From positions 28,468-92,467 of the forward strand of contig CAYVOC010000001.1 in the NCBI GenBank assembly GCA_964453345.1: a stretch of 64,000 nt of DNA, read 5' to 3'. This stretch comes from an uncultured Aquificales bacterium (lineage in GTDB: Bacteria; Thermosulfidibacterota; Thermosulfidibacteria; Thermosulfidibacterales; Thermosulfidibacteraceae). Position 1 is the first letter of the stretch. Each line of letters opens with the position of its first letter. Below the pieces are notes generated by a model. It made no database searches. It worked only from the letters and a program-made list of their open reading frames with translations, and was not told where the DNA came from. Shown here one piece after another: positions 60,923-64,000 of the stretch. The translations under genes were made by a program, and so were the position numbers.

Positions 60923-61637
60923 ATCCCCACTTCTTGAAAATCTCCTTTTTACTGCACATAAATTCCAAAAATGTCTTCCCCTTTTCGGTTACAGCGGCAG
61001 CTTTGAAGATAACAGGGCTGTGGGAAGCTTCGGGAAGGATCTTTAGCAGCTTGAGTTTTTCTTTAAACATCAGGTAGTCGGAGTAATAGACAACCGCCGC
61101 ATCCACCTCCCCAAGGATGGTCCAGGTTGCGGCCTGGGCCACGGTGTTTGCAAGAACGATTCTGTCCTGCAGGCAGTTCCATATCCCGAGGTTTTTGAAG
61201 GATTCCGCCGCATATTTTCCGCAGGGGGCGAATCTGTAGTTTCCTATTGCAACCCTTTTAAGCTTGCACAGATCCCTCCAGTTCTTGAGGGAAATTTCCT
61301 TTTTCGATACCAAAACGAGAGATGTCTTTGCCAAGCTGATGTCCCCTGATAGGATTCCCTTTGCCTTGAGATAGTCCATCCACCTGCGGGACGCCGATAT
61401 AAAGAGATCGCAGGGTGCCCCCATCTCTATCTGCCTTGCCAGCTTCCCGGAGGAGGAGACGATGACACGGACTTTGACCCTTTTTGCCCCCTCAAAGTCC
61501 CTGCCCAGGGCCTTTACGGGCATTCTTATTCCGGCGGCGCTACAGACAAAGAGCTCCTCTGCATGGCACACGCTTACAAGGGCAAAAAGCAGTATGATGA
61601 GGAGATTACCCTTCACCTTCGGAGTCGGGAGGCTCAA
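60903..61637 (-). CDS. modA: molybdate ABC transporter substrate-binding protein
   Basis: signal peptide, [26 protein letters not shown]. Confidence 0.9.
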   Translation of the reverse strand: MSLPTPKVKGNLLIILLFALVSVCHAEELFVCSAAGIRMPVKALGRDFEGAKRVKVRVIVSSSGKLARQIEMGAPCDLFISASRRWMDYLKAKGILSGDISLAKTSLVLVSKKEISLKNWRDLCKLKRVAIGNYRFAPCGKYAAESFKNLGIWNCLQDRIVLANTVAQAATWTILGEVDAAVVYYSDYLMFKEKLKLLKILPEASHSPVIFKAAAVTEKGKTFLEFMCSKKEIFKKWGFEVVCR

Positions 61638-62304
61638 ACTTGTAGCCCACCCCCGGATAGGTTACTATTATTCTTGGGTTTTCCGGATCAGGCTCTATCT
61701 TCTCCCTCAACCTCTTTATGTGCACATCAATTGCCCTGCTCCAGGGGTATATCTCCTTGTTGGGCCACAGCTGGCTCTTGATGAAGTCCCTGCTGAGAAC
61801 GGTTCCTGCGTTGGAGGCGAGCAGCTCTAACAGCTCAAACTCCCTTTTGGTCAGTTTCACAGGCTTTCCCTTCACCAGCACCCTTCTCTGGGAGGTGTAG
61901 ATCTTTATGTATCCGAAGTCGTAGTCCTTGGGCCTGTATCTCTGACTTCTGGACAGATGCACCCTTATTCTGGCGGCAAGCTCCAGAAATTCAAAGGGCT
62001 TGGTCACATAGTCGTCTGCACCGCACTCAAAGCCCCTCAATTTGTCCGAGACGCTGTCCCTGACCGTCAGCATGATTATGGGAACGGAACTTTTCTGGCG
62101 GATGGTCTTGCACACCTTTAGTCCATCTGTGTCTGGCAGGTTAAGATCCAGAATGATCAGGTCGGGGTCGAAGGAGTCCATTTTCTCAAGCCCCTCCGTT
62201 CCCGATAGGGCCGTCTCCACGCTGTAGCCGTCCAGCTCCAATTGATCCTTCAGGATCCTCGCTATGTCCACATCGTCTTCAATTATGAGGATGCGCGCCT
62301 TCAT
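61606..62304 (-). CDS. OmpR/PhoB-family response regulator
   Basis: [40 protein letters not shown]. Confidence 0.95.
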   Translation of the reverse strand: MKARILIIEDDVDIARILKDQLELDGYSVETALSGTEGLEKMDSFDPDLIILDLNLPDTDGLKVCKTIRQKSSVPIIMLTVRDSVSDKLRGFECGADDYVTKPFEFLELAARIRVHLSRSQRYRPKDYDFGYIKIYTSQRRVLVKGKPVKLTKREFELLELLASNAGTVLSRDFIKSQLWPNKEIYPWSRAIDVHIKRLREKIEPDPENPRIIVTYPGVGYKFEPPDSEGEG

Positions 62305-63820
62305 CGCTTCCCTTGGGGATTGTTATGTTGAACACGGTTCCCACATGATTTTCGGGGTCCGACACCCATATCTTCCCTCCGTGGGCCTCCACTATCCCCT
62401 TGGCTATGAAAAGCCCCAGTCCCATGCCCCCGTTGTTGCCCCTGTAAAACTTCTGAAAGATTTTCTCCTTTTCTTTTTCCGGTATGCCGGGGCCGTAGTC
62501 CTCAACCGTTATGTGGACAAAGCCCTTCTTCTCTTTGAGGGCTACCCTGATTCGGGATTTTGGAGGGGAGAATCTTATGGCGTTTGTAAGGATGTTGGCT
62601 ATGGCCCTTGAAAGCTTTGCCCTGTCGAAGGATACGGTGCATCTGCCGTTGCAGCTGTAATCGAAATCTATCTCTACCTCCTTCTCCATGGCTAAGGGTG
62701 ATACGGCAAACAGGGTGTCCTCTATCAGGGCCACTATGTCTCCCTTCTCCCTGTTCAGTTCTAACTGACCGTGCTCCAGCCTTGTGGAATCCAGTATATC
62801 ATCCACCATTCTGTGGAGCTTTTCAACGTTCTTCATTATTATGAAGCCGTAGGGGTGGTTCTCCTTTCTTATCAGGAGATCGGCCGCACCTTTGATGGCG
62901 GTGATGGGGGTTTTTAGATCGTGGGTGATGTTGGAGAAGAATTCGGTTTTGAATCTCTCCGTTCGCTTCAGCTCTTCGTAGGCCTTCTTTAACTCTGCGG
63001 TTGCCTTCTGAACCTTCTCCTCCAGTTCCCTCTGGTGCTCCGCTATCTTCTCTATCATGCTGTTGAACCTGTCCGCTAGAAGCTTCCATTCGTCCCGGCT
63101 GTTTATGTTGACTCTGGCGTCAAGGTTGCCCCTTTCCACCTCCTCGGATGCCGTTATAAACTTCTTTAATGGGCTGAGAACCGTTGTGTTCAGCAGAAGG
63201 TATATGACGGTAAATATGAGAGTGAGGGCGCCGATGGAGACGAGGTAGGTGTAGATTCTTCCTGCCGCAAGCTCCCTGTAAACGGATGTGGCGGGAAAGG
63301 ATATGCTTATGCACCCCTTTGTGTGCTGGGTGTATTCCATGTGGCAGTGGCGGCACTCGCTTTTGAATTTCAGGGGAGCCGCATACTTAAAAATCTTTTC
63401 ATTCCGCTGGGATACAAGCTCCCAGTAGGCCCTCTCTTTTTCGTCCCAGATCTTTTTTATGGCTCTTGCCTCAAATTCATCGGGTATGTGTGCGGGATTC
63501 TGGCTGTTCAGAACCGCTATCTTGATCCTGTAGGGGAAGATGTTTTTTGCAAACTCGGTCAATTCGGCCACAAAATGGGAGGGGGTGATGAGCCTGTATC
63601 CATCTTCTGTTTTCACATAGATGCCCCCTCTGGATGCTATCCAGTGCCTGCTCAAAATCACCGTGTTGTATATGCCCTCCGCCTGGTGCCTCAGGTAGTT
63701 GAGCATGGTGGATTCCTGCCGCTTGTTTATCCAGTAGAGGAAGGAGAGCCACAGTATAAGCGTGGTGGAAAATAGAGCAAAGATAATCTTCGCCCTTATC
63801 CTTGTGAATTTCTGGAACAT
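62279..63820 (-). CDS. membrane sensor histidine kinase with periplasmic c-type heme (DUF3365/Tll0287-like) domain and HAMP
   Basis: TM, periplasmic NP...PDEFE and CRHCH, TM, HAMP, THDLKTP, NAIRFS, DYGPGI, GLGL. Confidence 0.9.
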   Translation of the reverse strand: MFQKFTRIRAKIIFALFSTTLILWLSFLYWINKRQESTMLNYLRHQAEGIYNTVILSRHWIASRGGIYVKTEDGYRLITPSHFVAELTEFAKNIFPYRIKIAVLNSQNPAHIPDEFEARAIKKIWDEKERAYWELVSQRNEKIFKYAAPLKFKSECRHCHMEYTQHTKGCISISFPATSVYRELAAGRIYTYLVSIGALTLIFTVIYLLLNTTVLSPLKKFITASEEVERGNLDARVNINSRDEWKLLADRFNSMIEKIAEHQRELEEKVQKATAELKKAYEELKRTERFKTEFFSNITHDLKTPITAIKGAADLLIRKENHPYGFIIMKNVEKLHRMVDDILDSTRLEHGQLELNREKGDIVALIEDTLFAVSPLAMEKEVEIDFDYSCNGRCTVSFDRAKLSRAIANILTNAIRFSPPKSRIRVALKEKKGFVHITVEDYGPGIPEKEKEKIFQKFYRGNNGGMGLGLFIAKGIVEAHGGKIWVSDPENHVGTVFNITIPKGSDEGAHPHN

Positions 63821-63876
63821 GGCTGTGCTGATAATCAGTTAAGCACGAATGCCCTGTGGTATCAAGTCTTTCCCTT

Positions 63877-63890
63877 TTGATCTGCATCAA
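63877..63890. promoter_or_regulatory. FNR/DNR-type box TTGAT-CTGC-ATCAA upstream of the heme-sensor kinase
   Basis: perfect consensus about 57 bp upstream of ATG 63820; same GGCGGG flank as the hcp box. Confidence 0.75.
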
Positions 63891-63950
63891 GGCGGGAGGT
63901 TGCGGATGGGTGCAGAAATCATGGTTTCTGGGATGCCTTTAGAAAGGATC

Positions 63951-63979
63951 TTGACAGTTAGCGGTGCCGGTGTTATTTT
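63951..63979 (+). promoter_or_regulatory. sigma70 promoter firing out of the window
   Basis: TTGACA-N17-TATTTT with extended -10 TG at 63971-63972. Confidence 0.6.
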
Positions 63980-64000
63980 TTGCATCGCTTGTTGAGGGCG

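Noticed and set aside
1-64000. tRNA, rRNA, integrase, transposase or prophage genes
   Set aside because: Intergenic gaps are short and none was recognisable by eye; a covariance-model scan would be needed to exclude small RNAs

Overview
Gene-dense 64-kb bacterial chromosome segment from a diderm (bamA, skp, lpxD, GT9 heptosyltransferase). It is probably an anaerobic thermophile, inferred from E/K/R-rich proteins and frequent AGG/ATA codons; the taxon cannot be fixed from sequence alone. Bases 1-42.7 kb are mostly housekeeping: tilS-hpt, a DHH/CBS tRNA nucleotidyltransferase operon, pncA, nadE, purSQ, an M16 peptidase pair, clpC-bamA-skp-lpxD-fabZ, rpsF-ssb-rpsR-efp-accBC, dnaE-accA. This part also holds a Crp/Fnr-hcp nitrosative-stress module and a CstA/ArsA-family cassette. 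Bases 42.7-63.9 kb form a nitrogen-oxide respiration island: a NapC/NirT tetraheme cytochrome plus an octaheme epsilon-HAO-like protein, Moco biosynthesis genes, a tatA missed by the ORF track, a porin-tetraheme lipoprotein-napA-napD-napG-napH operon without napB, a stand-alone FMN glutamate synthase, modABC, and a c-type-heme sensor kinase with an OmpR-family regulator. The most notable sequence-level signal is regulatory. An identical 17-bp element (CTTTAACAGAAATTTAA, within TTAACA direct repeats) sits upstream of both the nap and the hao operons, and perfect TTGAT-N4-ATCAA boxes sit upstream of both hcp and the heme-sensor two-component system. Together these suggest a two-tier regulon for NrfA-independent nitrate ammonification (inference). 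No rRNA, tRNA, CRISPR array or mobile element was recognised.
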